Shown piece by piece: positions 9,021 through 18,562 of a stretch of 64,000 nt of DNA. The position numbers and the translations under genes were made by a program. Position 1 is the stretch's first letter, and each line of letters begins with the position of its first letter. Under the pieces are notes generated by a model. It was given only the letters and a program-made list of their open reading frames with translations. It ran no database searches and was not told the DNA's origin. The stretch lies in contig CATLOT010000004.1 in assembly GCA_950054155.1 (NCBI GenBank), positions 71,098-135,097 of the forward strand. Reading direction: 5' to 3'. This DNA comes from an uncultured Bacteriovoracaceae bacterium (GTDB taxonomy: Bacteria > Bdellovibrionota > Bacteriovoracia > Bacteriovoracales > Bacteriovoracaceae).

Positions 9021-10700
9021 ATGGATCTACTTAACGTTAATGATCTCCGAGTTGAATTTAAAACAGATCACGGATGGAATGAAGTTGTTAAAGGAATCTC
9101 CTTTAATATTAAAGAAGGTGAGACAGTTGGTCTCGTTGGTGAGTCGGGCTCAGGTAAGTCAGTAACATCTATGGCCATCATGGGCCTTATTCCAAGTCCT
9201 CCCGGTAGAATTACAAATGGTGAAATCCTTCTTGAAGGAAGGAACCTTCTCGATATGCCTAAGAGTGGTTACTCGGATATTCGTGGAAATAAAGTTTCTA
9301 TGATCTTCCAAGAACCAATGACTTCACTTAACCCTGTATTCACAGTTGGTGATCAGGTTAGAGAAGCGATTCTTCTCCATCAAAATGTTGGTAAGAAAGA
9401 AGCGACAGAAAAAACAATCGCTCTCTTTGATGAGGTTGGTATTCCCAAGCCAAGTGAGCGTTATCATTATTACCCCCACGAACTCTCTGGTGGGCAAAAG
9501 CAAAGGGTTATGATCGCTATGGCGATTGCCTGCGAGCCTCGTCTTCTTATTTGTGATGAGCCTACGACAGCCCTTGATGTCACAATTCAAAAGCAGGTTT
9601 TAGAGTTGCTTCTTGATATTCAACAAAAGCGTAAAATGGGGATGCTCTTCATTACTCACGACCTAGGTGTTATTGGCGACATCGCTGATGATGTCTTGGT
9701 TATGTTTAGAGGGGACCTTGTTGAAAGTGGGACAAAGGAAGATATCTTTCACCGTGCTCAACATCCTTACACCAAAGGGCTTCTCGCTTGTCGACCAAAG
9801 CTTGAGAAAAATCCAAAACGTCTTTATACCGTTTCTGATTTCCTTGAAAATAAAGTTGAAGAAGATAAGACTAAAGAAATTGAATACAAAGAGCCTGATA
9901 AGTCTGAGAAGCCAGCGCTTCTTAAGGTTGAGGGTCTAAAGAAATACTTTCCGATAAAGGGAGGAATCTTCTCTAAGACTGTTGATCACTTTAAGGCTGT
10001 TGATGACGTTAGTTTTGAAATTAAAAAAGGTAAGGTCTTTGGACTCGTGGGTGAGTCTGGTTGTGGGAAGACGACTCTTGGCCGCTCCGTTCTTCGCCTG
10101 ATTGATCCAACCGCCGGAAAGATCATTATGAATGGTCAGGATATTGGAGCCATGAATCCAAAGGATCTTCGTGCCTTTCGCCAAAATGCCCAGATTATCT
10201 TTCAGGATCCCTATTCATCTCTTAATCCGAGAATGACGATTGGGAATATTCTTATTGAACCTCTAGAGATTCACGGACTAGGTGGTACTCGTAAAGATCG
10301 TTTAGAGAAAGCCGCAAACTATCTTGAAAAAGTTGGTCTTGCTGGTGATCACCTCATTCGTTACCCTCATGAGTTTAGTGGTGGTCAACGTCAAAGAATT
10401 TGTATCGCCCGTGCACTCATGCTTGAGCCGGAACTCATCATTTGTGATGAATCAGTTTCAGCTCTCGATGTTTCTGTTCAGGCCCAGGTTCTAAACCTTC
10501 TGCTTGATCTTAAAGATGAATTTGATCTCTCTTACCTTTTCATCTCTCACGACTTGAGTGTTGTGAAGTATATCTCTGATGAGGTTGCGGTGATGAGAGG
10601 CGGTAAGATTGTTGAGTACAACTACGCCGACGAAATTTATAAGAACCCTCAGCAAGAGTATACGAGAAACCTTCTCGATGCTATTCCTAAGGGTCTCTAA
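9021..10700 (+). CDS. ABC transporter ATP-binding protein with two fused ATPase domains (Dpp/Opp D-F fusion, YejF-like)
   Basis: Two Walker A motifs ([16 protein letters not shown]), two signatures ([16 protein letters not shown]), two Walker B motifs ([24 protein letters not shown]) and the oligopeptide-type C-terminal block 'HPYTKGLL'. No permease or binding-protein gene lies adjacent. Confidence 0.85.
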   Translation: MDLLNVNDLRVEFKTDHGWNEVVKGISFNIKEGETVGLVGESGSGKSVTSMAIMGLIPSPPGRITNGEILLEGRNLLDMPKSGYSDIRGNKVSMIFQEPMTSLNPVFTVGDQVREAILLHQNVGKKEATEKTIALFDEVGIPKPSERYHYYPHELSGGQKQRVMIAMAIACEPRLLICDEPTTALDVTIQKQVLELLLDIQQKRKMGMLFITHDLGVIGDIADDVLVMFRGDLVESGTKEDIFHRAQHPYTKGLLACRPKLEKNPKRLYTVSDFLENKVEEDKTKEIEYKEPDKSEKPALLKVEGLKKYFPIKGGIFSKTVDHFKAVDDVSFEIKKGKVFGLVGESGCGKTTLGRSVLRLIDPTAGKIIMNGQDIGAMNPKDLRAFRQNAQIIFQDPYSSLNPRMTIGNILIEPLEIHGLGGTRKDRLEKAANYLEKVGLAGDHLIRYPHEFSGGQRQRICIARALMLEPELIICDESVSALDVSVQAQVLNLLLDLKDEFDLSYLFISHDLSVVKYISDEVAVMRGGKIVEYNYADEIYKNPQQEYTRNLLDAIPKGL

Positions 10701-10706
10701 GGATTA

Positions 10707-13544
10707 CTAGTAATAATCTTTAATGATATCACTTGGTAGGGAACTCATGACTTCGCCTTCTTGGTTAAGGACGAAGACCTCATGGGTTTCCTTATTTTTA
10801 TAGACACTGTATTTTTGCTCATGGCTGGCAACAACCGCTAATTCAAGGTCTTCGATGAGCATACCTTTTTGGTTGAGGACTTCATCAAGGAAAACACTTT
10901 GAGAGGGGTCTACTTTAAAAAAGTCTAGTCCTTCTCCTTCAAGGGCCGTTAAAAGAAGAGCCATTACTTCCATCCTTTCCACTCGCTCTTTATTGGCTTC
11001 TCTTCTTTGCTCCATTATTTTGAAGTCTTCCTCTGAGAGAATATCTTCGGAGGTTTCGTCTTTATCAACAACTGCTGCATCTTCTTGAGATTCCTCTTTC
11101 TTCTTTTCCGTCGTGGCGAGTTCTTCTTGATTAACGGTCGGTACAAAATAGTCATCAACAGCAGCTTGAGCAAGATCTTGATCTGGTGTTACGGAAGGGC
11201 CAGATTGGCCAAAGGCACCAGTTGAAGCAATTGCTCTCGTGGGAAGAGGTGTCGGACCACCAAGGACTCGCGCCTGTTGGGGAGTAGGGGATGGAGTAGC
11301 CCGCTTGGCTCTTTCTTCTGGAGTAGGTATTGCTTCTGGTAATTCTTCAACGGGAAGGTCTGTGACTTCTTCTTCCTGTATACTCTCACTCGCTACTTCT
11401 TCATTCATCGCTTGAATTTTTGAGCGCATAGAGGAGAGTCTATTCTTTAAACGTTTTGCTTCAGGGGTATCTTGAAATTCCTGGCGTGCTTTAGAATAGA
11501 AATCCTTCTGATTGTCATAAACTTTTTGAGCATCATATTCAGAGATGCCGTAAGTTTCTTTAAGTCGGTCTGTCACCTGACGACGCTGAGTTGGATCATT
11601 ATATTGTTCTGCTCTTTGTTCAACAACGTCTTTAACGCTTTTGCCGTCCTGTGGCACAACACCACGTGCCTCTAAGTTTTCAGTGACACTTTTACTTTCA
11701 TCATAAGAGGACTCATCGCTGAGTGCTTGAGATACCTCTTCTTCGGTGGCAAGTCCCGATTCGTAGCTACTAGTCGCTGCATTATAGCCCTTATTTAAAA
11801 GGTCTCCAGCAAGAAGTCCTTTGGTGAGGTCAGGAATGATACTTCCTCCATCTCGCTTATCCTCTTCTTCTTGTCTTCTTCTCTCTTTCTCATCTCGTCT
11901 TCTTCGATCATCATCAGCTTGTCTTTGCTCAAATTCTCGTCGGCGAGTTTCTTCATCTCTTCTGAGTCGGCTATCGCTCTGCTCTGGACCAGGGCTGGTG
12001 CGTGTGCCACCTTTGCCACCTTGTGAATCGTGATGGCCCGAAGCGCCAGGGTTAGTTCCTGTTGTGCTTCCGGAGCTTGTATGGCCAGCGGTTCCGGCAA
12101 CATCACTACCCGCGACAGGTGTTCCTCTGTGGCGAGGTCTGTTACGATTACCCAGTCTTACCACACGAGCTCCCATAACAGTTCTTCTGGCACCACTTGA
12201 GAGATTTTCTGCAGTACCGCGAATCGCTCTTAAGTCCTCTCTCGCTGTTTGTCTAAGGGCCGTGGCTAGACGAGAATTTCCTTTTGTCTTCGCAGCTCTA
12301 ACTAAGATAACTCGCATCGTTCTCTCTGTGACCTTGTCAACCATTCGACTCGGTCCCATAGCAAGATGAGCAGCTTTTTGTGCCATCTGACCAGCTCTAC
12401 TTTTCGCTAACTTTTCTGCAAATTGAGAGACTGCTTCTTTTGCTCTTCCTAGATTTTGGCTCGTCTTAGAGAGAAGGCTTGCTGAGGTTGGGCTTACTTT
12501 ATTTCTATTGGTCGCTCTAGCTAGTACTGGAACTTTTGTTGCAATTAGTTGGGCGGTTTCACCTAAGATTTTAGCACTCACTCTCGTGCCAATTCCAATA
12601 CCTGTCGCAACACCTGCTGTGGCAATATTGAGGACACCTTCTGAGAGTATAAAGCCAGCACCAGCACAAAAGGCATTGAGACCATCATTACAATCAAGGC
12701 AACTGTATTGCTCAAGAGGCTCCGTACATTTACTTTCTCTACGATAGGGTTCACCTTCCCATTGTTGGCAAAAGAGGTTGTTTTTCATCCAACCATCAAC
12801 ACCATTTTTAAAAGAGATAAATTTATCGTAGATGTATTTTCCTGGATCTTGAATGAAGAGACTTGCTTCACTCTGAGTGGTGTCGGCTGCACTATGAAGG
12901 TCATCGCTTTTTTTAGAGAGGTAACGCTTTATACTCCAAAAGGCTCCAGTGAAAACCTTTCCAATATCTTTTAGACTGTTAAAGGTCGCAAGTAGCGTTC
13001 CAACAAAACTGTGATAGATCTGGGACAAACAATCTGGTTGTTCGGTATTAAGACACTGCTCGGGTTGTCCACTTCCCATCATCTTTTGAATTCCGCCCTC
13101 AACCTTCCGAGCAATGAATGCTGGAGCTATCGACTTAGTCGTCGTTATTAAAGATCGGGCAAGGTTGCACTTGAGGTGAGGGGCGCATTGCTTTTGAACA
13201 TGTTTTTGATCCTCATCTTTACAGCTTAGTTGTCCTGCTGCCTCACTAACGGTATCTTTTAAGCTTGTAAGACTAGTGAGAAGGGCACTACTTTCTTCTT
13301 CAGAACAAGTCGTCTGTATCTCTTCGGTTTCCATCCTATGAATAGCGCTATTTAATCTTTCATATTCTTCAATACAATATTCACTAGGTGTTGCTGCTTC
13401 ATCTAGGCAACGCTCTTCAAACTCTTTTACCTCAGACTCTAAAATTTGAAGCTGAACTTCTTCACTGAAAGTGAGTTGTGAAAAAAGAAAGGCGCCAATA
13501 AGAAGCGAAATAAATCTTAAAGGTTTTTTGTTAACGGATATCAA
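10707..13544 (-). CDS. Large secreted protein (945 aa) with Cys-rich N-domain, Gly/Ala hydrophobic segment and long Arg/Glu/Asp-rich disordered region
   Basis: Signal peptide 'LLIGAFLFSQLTFS'. About 15 Cys in the first roughly 300 aa, then 'LNIATAGVATGIGIGT', 'GTAGHTSSGSTTGTNPGASGHHDSQGGKGG' and 'RRDEETRRREFEQRQADDDRRRRDEKERRRQEEEDKRD'. No family recognised. Confidence 0.65.
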   Translation of the reverse strand: MISVNKKPLRFISLLIGAFLFSQLTFSEEVQLQILESEVKEFEERCLDEAATPSEYCIEEYERLNSAIHRMETEEIQTTCSEEESSALLTSLTSLKDTVSEAAGQLSCKDEDQKHVQKQCAPHLKCNLARSLITTTKSIAPAFIARKVEGGIQKMMGSGQPEQCLNTEQPDCLSQIYHSFVGTLLATFNSLKDIGKVFTGAFWSIKRYLSKKSDDLHSAADTTQSEASLFIQDPGKYIYDKFISFKNGVDGWMKNNLFCQQWEGEPYRRESKCTEPLEQYSCLDCNDGLNAFCAGAGFILSEGVLNIATAGVATGIGIGTRVSAKILGETAQLIATKVPVLARATNRNKVSPTSASLLSKTSQNLGRAKEAVSQFAEKLAKSRAGQMAQKAAHLAMGPSRMVDKVTERTMRVILVRAAKTKGNSRLATALRQTAREDLRAIRGTAENLSSGARRTVMGARVVRLGNRNRPRHRGTPVAGSDVAGTAGHTSSGSTTGTNPGASGHHDSQGGKGGTRTSPGPEQSDSRLRRDEETRRREFEQRQADDDRRRRDEKERRRQEEEDKRDGGSIIPDLTKGLLAGDLLNKGYNAATSSYESGLATEEEVSQALSDESSYDESKSVTENLEARGVVPQDGKSVKDVVEQRAEQYNDPTQRRQVTDRLKETYGISEYDAQKVYDNQKDFYSKARQEFQDTPEAKRLKNRLSSMRSKIQAMNEEVASESIQEEEVTDLPVEELPEAIPTPEERAKRATPSPTPQQARVLGGPTPLPTRAIASTGAFGQSGPSVTPDQDLAQAAVDDYFVPTVNQEELATTEKKKEESQEDAAVVDKDETSEDILSEEDFKIMEQRREANKERVERMEVMALLLTALEGEGLDFFKVDPSQSVFLDEVLNQKGMLIEDLELAVVASHEQKYSVYKNKETHEVFVLNQEGEVMSSLPSDIIKDYY

Positions 13545-13565
13545 TCTTCCTCTCGTTGTTTCTGC

Positions 13566-13584
13566 ATCATAAAAAGTTTATGAT
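13566..13584. repeat. Perfect 8-bp inverted repeat (ATCATAAA-AAG-TTTATGAT) in a divergent promoter region
   Basis: Read directly; lies between the starts of the 945-aa gene (-) and the 13626 gene (+). Confidence 0.4.
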
Positions 13585-13625
13585 TAAAATGCTTAAGAAT
13601 TAATTCGTCACTTTAGGGCGCAGAT

Positions 13626-14177
13626 ATGAGGATTTTTTCAAAAAAAATGAAGCAAATAAAATGTATCTTCTTCTTTCTAAATCTATTTTATTCTTTGATT
13701 TTAAGTGCAAATGAGCAAACCTTTAAAATTAAAGGGCACACACTTGATTTAAATAAAATCACTGGATACCAACTCATGAGAGGTTATTTAGGAAGAGATA
13801 TTGTTTTATTGGGTCCTGATCGTGCAGAGAAAAGAAATACTATTTTCCTTGAGGTCGCAGAATCAAAGAGAGTTAATTTAAATGAGGAAAAAGAAAGTCT
13901 TGCTGATTTTGAAAATCTTAAAAAAGAATGGATAAATGAGAGGGGGGCGAAACTTCAAAAACTCAAATTAAACTCTCGAGATCTTAAAATAGAAAAGGAT
14001 TATCTCTACAATTATTTAAGCTATAGTCTCGATAAAAAGAACTTCTTTGAGGGTGACATTTTTCTTAAATGTTCATCAAAAACATCGCTTAATCTCTCTT
14101 TTCTTGTCTTAAAGAAAAACTTTGATAAGTTTAAGCCTCTGTTAGAAGATTTTATTAAGGGCATTTCCTGTCCTTAG
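13626..14177 (+). CDS. Secreted hypothetical protein (183 aa)
   Basis: N-terminal hydrophobic signal 'IFFFLNLFYSLILSA|NE'. No motifs recognised. Confidence 0.5.
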   Translation: MRIFSKKMKQIKCIFFFLNLFYSLILSANEQTFKIKGHTLDLNKITGYQLMRGYLGRDIVLLGPDRAEKRNTIFLEVAESKRVNLNEEKESLADFENLKKEWINERGAKLQKLKLNSRDLKIEKDYLYNYLSYSLDKKNFFEGDIFLKCSSKTSLNLSFLVLKKNFDKFKPLLEDFIKGISCP

Positions 14178-14198
14178 TTCAACGACTTGGGAGTAGCA

Positions 14199-14531
14199 GT
14201 GAAAGTATTAGATTATCATGCCCACCTCTATTATGAATTCTCAGATATTGAAGAAGCTAAAGAAGTCCTCGAAAAGGTGAAATCTCAGTTTGACTTTAGT
14301 GTCGGTCGTGTATGGGATCGGCCTGTAGGTCCCCATCCTATTGGTTCTTGCCAAATTACAGTCCCAGTCGATGCATTGAATGAATTTATTCCTTGGATGA
14401 TGAAAGAGAGGGGGCGTTTTGATGTCTTCTTTCATGCTAACACTGGAGACGATCTCTTTGATCATACCCAATGCGTGGTCTGGATGGGAAAAGAGCATAC
14501 CCTGAAGATTGATATGTTTAAGAAGGATTAA
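14199..14531 (+). CDS. DOPA 4,5-dioxygenase-like family protein (DODA type)
   Basis: 'LDYHAHLYY...GRVWDRPVGPHPIGSCQI...FFHANTGDDLFDHTQCVVWMG' matches the short bacterial DOPA-dioxygenase family pattern. I prefer GTG 14199 (GGGAG 5 nt upstream) over the listed TTG 14187. Confidence 0.6.
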   Translation: MKVLDYHAHLYYEFSDIEEAKEVLEKVKSQFDFSVGRVWDRPVGPHPIGSCQITVPVDALNEFIPWMMKERGRFDVFFHANTGDDLFDHTQCVVWMGKEHTLKIDMFKKD

Positions 14532-14537
14532 GAGGTT

Positions 14538-14807
14538 ATGGACTGGAGTATTTTTACTACGACATTTCTGACTATTTTCATTGCTGAAATTGGTGATAAA
14601 ACTCAGTTTGCAGCCCTTGCTGCTGCTTCTCAAACCAAGTCTGTTTCTTCTGTGCTCTTGGCAACGATCTTAGCTCTTAGTCTAGCAGGAGGCATCGGAG
14701 TGCTTGCTGGGAGCCTATTAGGTAAGGTGATTGACCCTGAGAAGATGCGCGCTGTCTCAGGAGTCGCTTTCATTCTTATGGGCTGCTGGATTCTCTTCAA
14801 AAAGTGA
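14538..14807 (+). CDS. UPF0016 (GDT1/TMEM165) family membrane protein, single-repeat form
   Basis: Three TM helices and the signature 'AEIGDKTQ' (E-x-G-D-K-T) in TM1. Confidence 0.7.
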   Translation: MDWSIFTTTFLTIFIAEIGDKTQFAALAAASQTKSVSSVLLATILALSLAGGIGVLAGSLLGKVIDPEKMRAVSGVAFILMGCWILFKK

Positions 14808-14861
14808 GACAGGCAAGAATGTTGTTTGTTATACCAAACAATAGTTTGCTATCTTCGGATC

Positions 14862-15515
14862 ATGACATATAAGAAAGCAAAAATTAGCGAAATTAAGGAG
14901 CTTCCAGGCTTCAGAAGAATTGTACTCTCTTACAGCGCAGAAGAAATGCCTCTGGGCGGCTATGTAAAGGTCATTACCGATACAGAAGGGCCGATAGCAA
15001 GAACCATTAGCATTTCACAGAGCTCTAAAGAAAGCTTTAGCTTAGACTTTGCTACTCACGAAAGTCATGGTCCTGTGGCCACTTGGCAAAGAAAGGCGAC
15101 GGTGGGGGATGAGTTAGTCTTTAAGGGACCAGGACCCCAGTCTGCTCTAGGATATAACGCTCAAAAATTTCTTTTCTTTGGAGATCTCACAGCATTTCCT
15201 GCCATAAGATCCCACTTAGTAAAAATTCAAGAAAGCTCTGTTAAAGAAATCGCTATCTATGTGGGAGAATTTTTAGAAGAGGCTAAAGCCTACTTTAGTG
15301 GAGATGTGAAGTTTCTCACTTCCCTTGATGAGGCTTTAGAGCTTCTTAGAGAAGGGGATAATGCCCTTTGGGCTGCAGGTGAGCGCACTTTGGTTAAGAG
15401 CGTGAGAGACTTCGTTAAAAATGAGAATTTAAGTCCTAAGAGTTGTTACATGAGTTCCTATTGGCAGCAAGGACATAGGGATGAAGAGCATAAAAAGAGT
15501 AAAATAAAAGGGTAA
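14862..15515 (+). CDS. Siderophore-interacting protein (SIP/ViuB-like FAD-binding reductase)
   Basis: Beta-barrel then NAD-binding-like layout. C-terminal 'LWAAGERTLVKSVRDFVKNE...YMSSYWQQG' is typical of the SIP family. Start moved to ATG 14862 (MTYKK) from the listed TTG 14826. Confidence 0.55.
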   Translation: MTYKKAKISEIKELPGFRRIVLSYSAEEMPLGGYVKVITDTEGPIARTISISQSSKESFSLDFATHESHGPVATWQRKATVGDELVFKGPGPQSALGYNAQKFLFFGDLTAFPAIRSHLVKIQESSVKEIAIYVGEFLEEAKAYFSGDVKFLTSLDEALELLREGDNALWAAGERTLVKSVRDFVKNENLSPKSCYMSSYWQQGHRDEEHKKSKIKG

Positions 15516-15546
15516 ATAATAACTCTTAAGTTACCGAAAAGATGGC

Positions 15547-16362
15547 ATGCTCAAAGTCATGCTTTCTCTTATTCTTCTTTTCTTGGTTTCTTGTGGTCAG
15601 GAAAAGAGTCACACCGAAATAATCCTTCTAAGCGGACAGAGTGAAAGCAACCTCTCTCTTTATTTTGATAAAATGCAAAGCTTTGAAAGTAAGGTCTTCT
15701 ATGAAAGAGGACATGAGCCTTACGTCGGAACCAGAATAAATGGTAAGGCTTATTGGGACTTTTTTGGGCGCAATATCTCTACTCTTTTGAGGTTAGAAGA
15801 GAGGTCGATTTCTTTTTCCTACCCGAAGACTCTAAGTGAAATGACAGAACTACGAGCGATAAATAAAGACTCGTGGACTACGCAAGAACTCATCTCAAAG
15901 TTCTCCGAACTGCCTGTCATCAAGAACACAGAGGCATTAGGAGCTGTTAATATTCTCTTTGTTGGCGGTCTTTTCAAAAATAATGATGGAGAATTGCAAA
16001 ATGGTGTGCTTGGAATTTATATCTCTGACACCAATAATATCGTTATCTTTAAAGACGTCGTAAAAGAAATTGAAGAAAATCAAGGAATAAGGGTAGCCCG
16101 CTTTTCCGAACAATCACTTCTTGTTCACGAGGTTGGCCATGCGATGGGTTTAGTTGAAAATGGAGTGCCAGCCCAAAGTGATCATCATGATAAAGAGCAT
16201 GGTTCTCATTGCACCAATCAAGATTGTGTTATGCACTGGCTTAATGAAGGTGCGACAGATATGTCCAACTATGTAAGAAGATTAATACTAACGGGTGATG
16301 AAAATCTCTTTGGTCAGCATTGTTTAGAAGATGCTGCTCAAAAAATACGAAGCTATCAATAA
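15547..16362 (+). CDS. Zinc metalloprotease-like lipoprotein (archaemetzincin-like HExxHxxG + CxxxxCxM)
   Basis: Lipobox 'LFLVSCGQ'. Contains 'LVHEVGHAMGL...HGSHCTNQDCVMHW', which resembles the M54 archaemetzincin motif. Confidence 0.45.
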   Translation: MLKVMLSLILLFLVSCGQEKSHTEIILLSGQSESNLSLYFDKMQSFESKVFYERGHEPYVGTRINGKAYWDFFGRNISTLLRLEERSISFSYPKTLSEMTELRAINKDSWTTQELISKFSELPVIKNTEALGAVNILFVGGLFKNNDGELQNGVLGIYISDTNNIVIFKDVVKEIEENQGIRVARFSEQSLLVHEVGHAMGLVENGVPAQSDHHDKEHGSHCTNQDCVMHWLNEGATDMSNYVRRLILTGDENLFGQHCLEDAAQKIRSYQ

Positions 16363-16373
16363 GAGGAATAACA

Positions 16374-17501
16374 ATGGAAAATGGTTTTAATGAAGAGGAC
16401 TATGCGACGTTTAAAGGAAGCGGAGGAGAACTCTTTTCTATTTGGATTGTTAATATTCTCTTAACCATTGTCACTTTTGGCATTTACTCAGCTTGGGCTA
16501 AGGTAAGAATCCGTAAGTATCTCCTTGTGATGACAGAATATAGAGATGAGCGTTTTGATTATCATGCTCGTCCATGGCCTATCCTAAAGGGGAGAATCGT
16601 CGTTCTTATTCTTTTTAGTGTTTATGCGGGATGTGCCGCTTTTTCACCCTATACCGGAGTGATTGGTATTATTCTTATTGCATTAGCTTTTCCCTATCTC
16701 CTCTTAAAGTCTTTTCAGTTTAATGTTCACTATACAAGTTATCGAAATGTTCGCTTTCGCTTAGAGGTTGATTATAAACAAGAGATTAGGGCCTACTTTT
16801 TAAGAGCTCTTCCTATAATAATTTCGGTTGGAGTGAGTCTCTTTATTGCACCTGTTGAGCGAATGAAGGGACAAGAGCTAGGAGTGAACGATTATATTGC
16901 CCTTGGATTATTTGCTGTGAACGCGCTTTATACCGCTCTTTATTTTGGTCCTTTCTTTCTAAATTGGCTCTATTCAAATCTCTACGGAAATCTTTATTAT
17001 GGAAATATCAAGTTCAGCTTTGATTCTAGTGTTAAAGAGGTGTGGAAGAAGATTGTATTACCCTACAGTGGATTAGTCGTGGGTATGCTCACCCTGCTCT
17101 TTGGAGGCGCTTTCTTTGGTGCCTTTTTAAATAATTTTCTCATTACAGGGATTGGGATGGTGCTCTTTTACCTCTCTCTTATTGCCGCTTCACTCTATTT
17201 TCCTTTTCTCGTCCAACATTATATTTGGAATAGGATTGCTTGTGGTGCCGGAAGAGCAAGCTTCTCTTTAACTTTTGGTCGTTATTTTAGAGTCAATTTT
17301 ATTAATTTTATTTTAATGGGATTAACCCTTGGTCTTTACTTTCCCTTTGCAAAGGTAAGAGTATTAAAGCTTCTCTATCAGCACAGGGCCCTCTCCTTAA
17401 CAAGTCTAGATGATGTTGTCCAAGTTGAGGCTTCCTCTCAGAGCGCTGTTGCCGATGAAGTGAGTGATGCATTTGATATTGATTTTGAGATAGGGATTTA
17501 A
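16374..17501 (+). CDS. DUF898 (YjgN) family multi-pass membrane protein
   Basis: 'FKGSGGELFSIWIVNILLTIVTFGIYSAWAKVRIRKY' and a repeat-like C-terminal 'GLTLGLYFPFAKVRVLK'. Start at ATG 16374 behind AAGAGGA. Confidence 0.7.
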   Translation: MENGFNEEDYATFKGSGGELFSIWIVNILLTIVTFGIYSAWAKVRIRKYLLVMTEYRDERFDYHARPWPILKGRIVVLILFSVYAGCAAFSPYTGVIGIILIALAFPYLLLKSFQFNVHYTSYRNVRFRLEVDYKQEIRAYFLRALPIIISVGVSLFIAPVERMKGQELGVNDYIALGLFAVNALYTALYFGPFFLNWLYSNLYGNLYYGNIKFSFDSSVKEVWKKIVLPYSGLVVGMLTLLFGGAFFGAFLNNFLITGIGMVLFYLSLIAASLYFPFLVQHYIWNRIACGAGRASFSLTFGRYFRVNFINFILMGLTLGLYFPFAKVRVLKLLYQHRALSLTSLDDVVQVEASSQSAVADEVSDAFDIDFEIGI

Positions 17502-18562
17502 TGATTAGAGGTCGTTTTTCAACGGGAAAGAGTAGTAACTTTGTTGAAGTGAGTATTGAAGTGAAAGGGCTTGTGATCTTCTTCTTTAGTGAAGATAAGA
17601 ACTGGCAATGGGACCTTGAGGCCTGCTCTGTAGAAACTCCCTTTAGAGAGGCTCCTTTGATGATTAGGCATCAAAGTGGTGCGCTTCTTGAAATTGCGAA
17701 TTACGACCAAGATTTTCTAAAAAAGACTCTAAAGAGAAGTTCTCGACTCGTTCACGTACTTGAAAATAAGAAATCCTATTTTCTTGGAGCATTTCTACTC
17801 AGTGGGCTTATACTCTATGGTATTTTTGGTCATGGTCTGCCTTTTCTTTCTCAAAGGATTTCACAGATTTTTCCGTTTGAATACGGCGTAAAGGTTGATG
17901 AGCACTTAATCTCAAGTCTTAAAGATCAGGGCTTCACTTCAAGTGAACTTAGTGAAGACTTTAAAAGCGAGGTGAGGGAATATCTTTTGGAAAAGAGTCC
18001 TTCAGAGTTTAAGAATGTTCAAATTGGCTTTCGGAAAATGAATCCCAAGATGGCCAATGCCTTTGCCCTTAGTACAAATCATTTATTCTTTACTGATGAA
18101 ATCTTCAAGGAATTGGACAGCAAGGAAGAAGTCCTTGCCATTTATTATCATGAGCTTGGTCATCTCAAGAAGAAACATCTGCTCTCAAAAATCATTAATG
18201 GTTTAAGCTTTGGGGTGCTATCGATGCTTATTGTTGGTGACCTTACAGGGGGGACCGAATCACTTGCAACCATAGGCATTTCTTTAATTGGCCTTGGTTA
18301 TGATAGAGATCTTGAGCGTGAAGCGGATGAGGTCGCCCTAAGCCTACTCCAAAACGCAGAAATATCTCCTCGTTGCTTTAGTGATGCTCTTGGAAAAATA
18401 ACAAAACGAAGTGAAGAGCTTGGCGTTCTTAAGTATCTTTCGACTCATCCCATGCCAAAAGAGCGAAGAGACTTATTTGAAGAGCATTCCTCAAAAGAAG
18501 ATTGTCCCCAAAGCTCTTGGTCGTCTCGACCTTTCTTAGCGAAAGACAAGACCAAGGGCTAA
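17501..18562 (+). CDS. M48 family zinc metallopeptidase
   Basis: Start overlaps the DUF898 stop (TAATG). Contains 'IYYHELGHLKKKH' (HExxH), a downstream 'EREADE' third ligand region and 'STHPMPKER'. Confidence 0.75.
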   Translation: MIRGRFSTGKSSNFVEVSIEVKGLVIFFFSEDKNWQWDLEACSVETPFREAPLMIRHQSGALLEIANYDQDFLKKTLKRSSRLVHVLENKKSYFLGAFLLSGLILYGIFGHGLPFLSQRISQIFPFEYGVKVDEHLISSLKDQGFTSSELSEDFKSEVREYLLEKSPSEFKNVQIGFRKMNPKMANAFALSTNHLFFTDEIFKELDSKEEVLAIYYHELGHLKKKHLLSKIINGLSFGVLSMLIVGDLTGGTESLATIGISLIGLGYDRDLEREADEVALSLLQNAEISPRCFSDALGKITKRSEELGVLKYLSTHPMPKERRDLFEEHSSKEDCPQSSWSSRPFLAKDKTKG

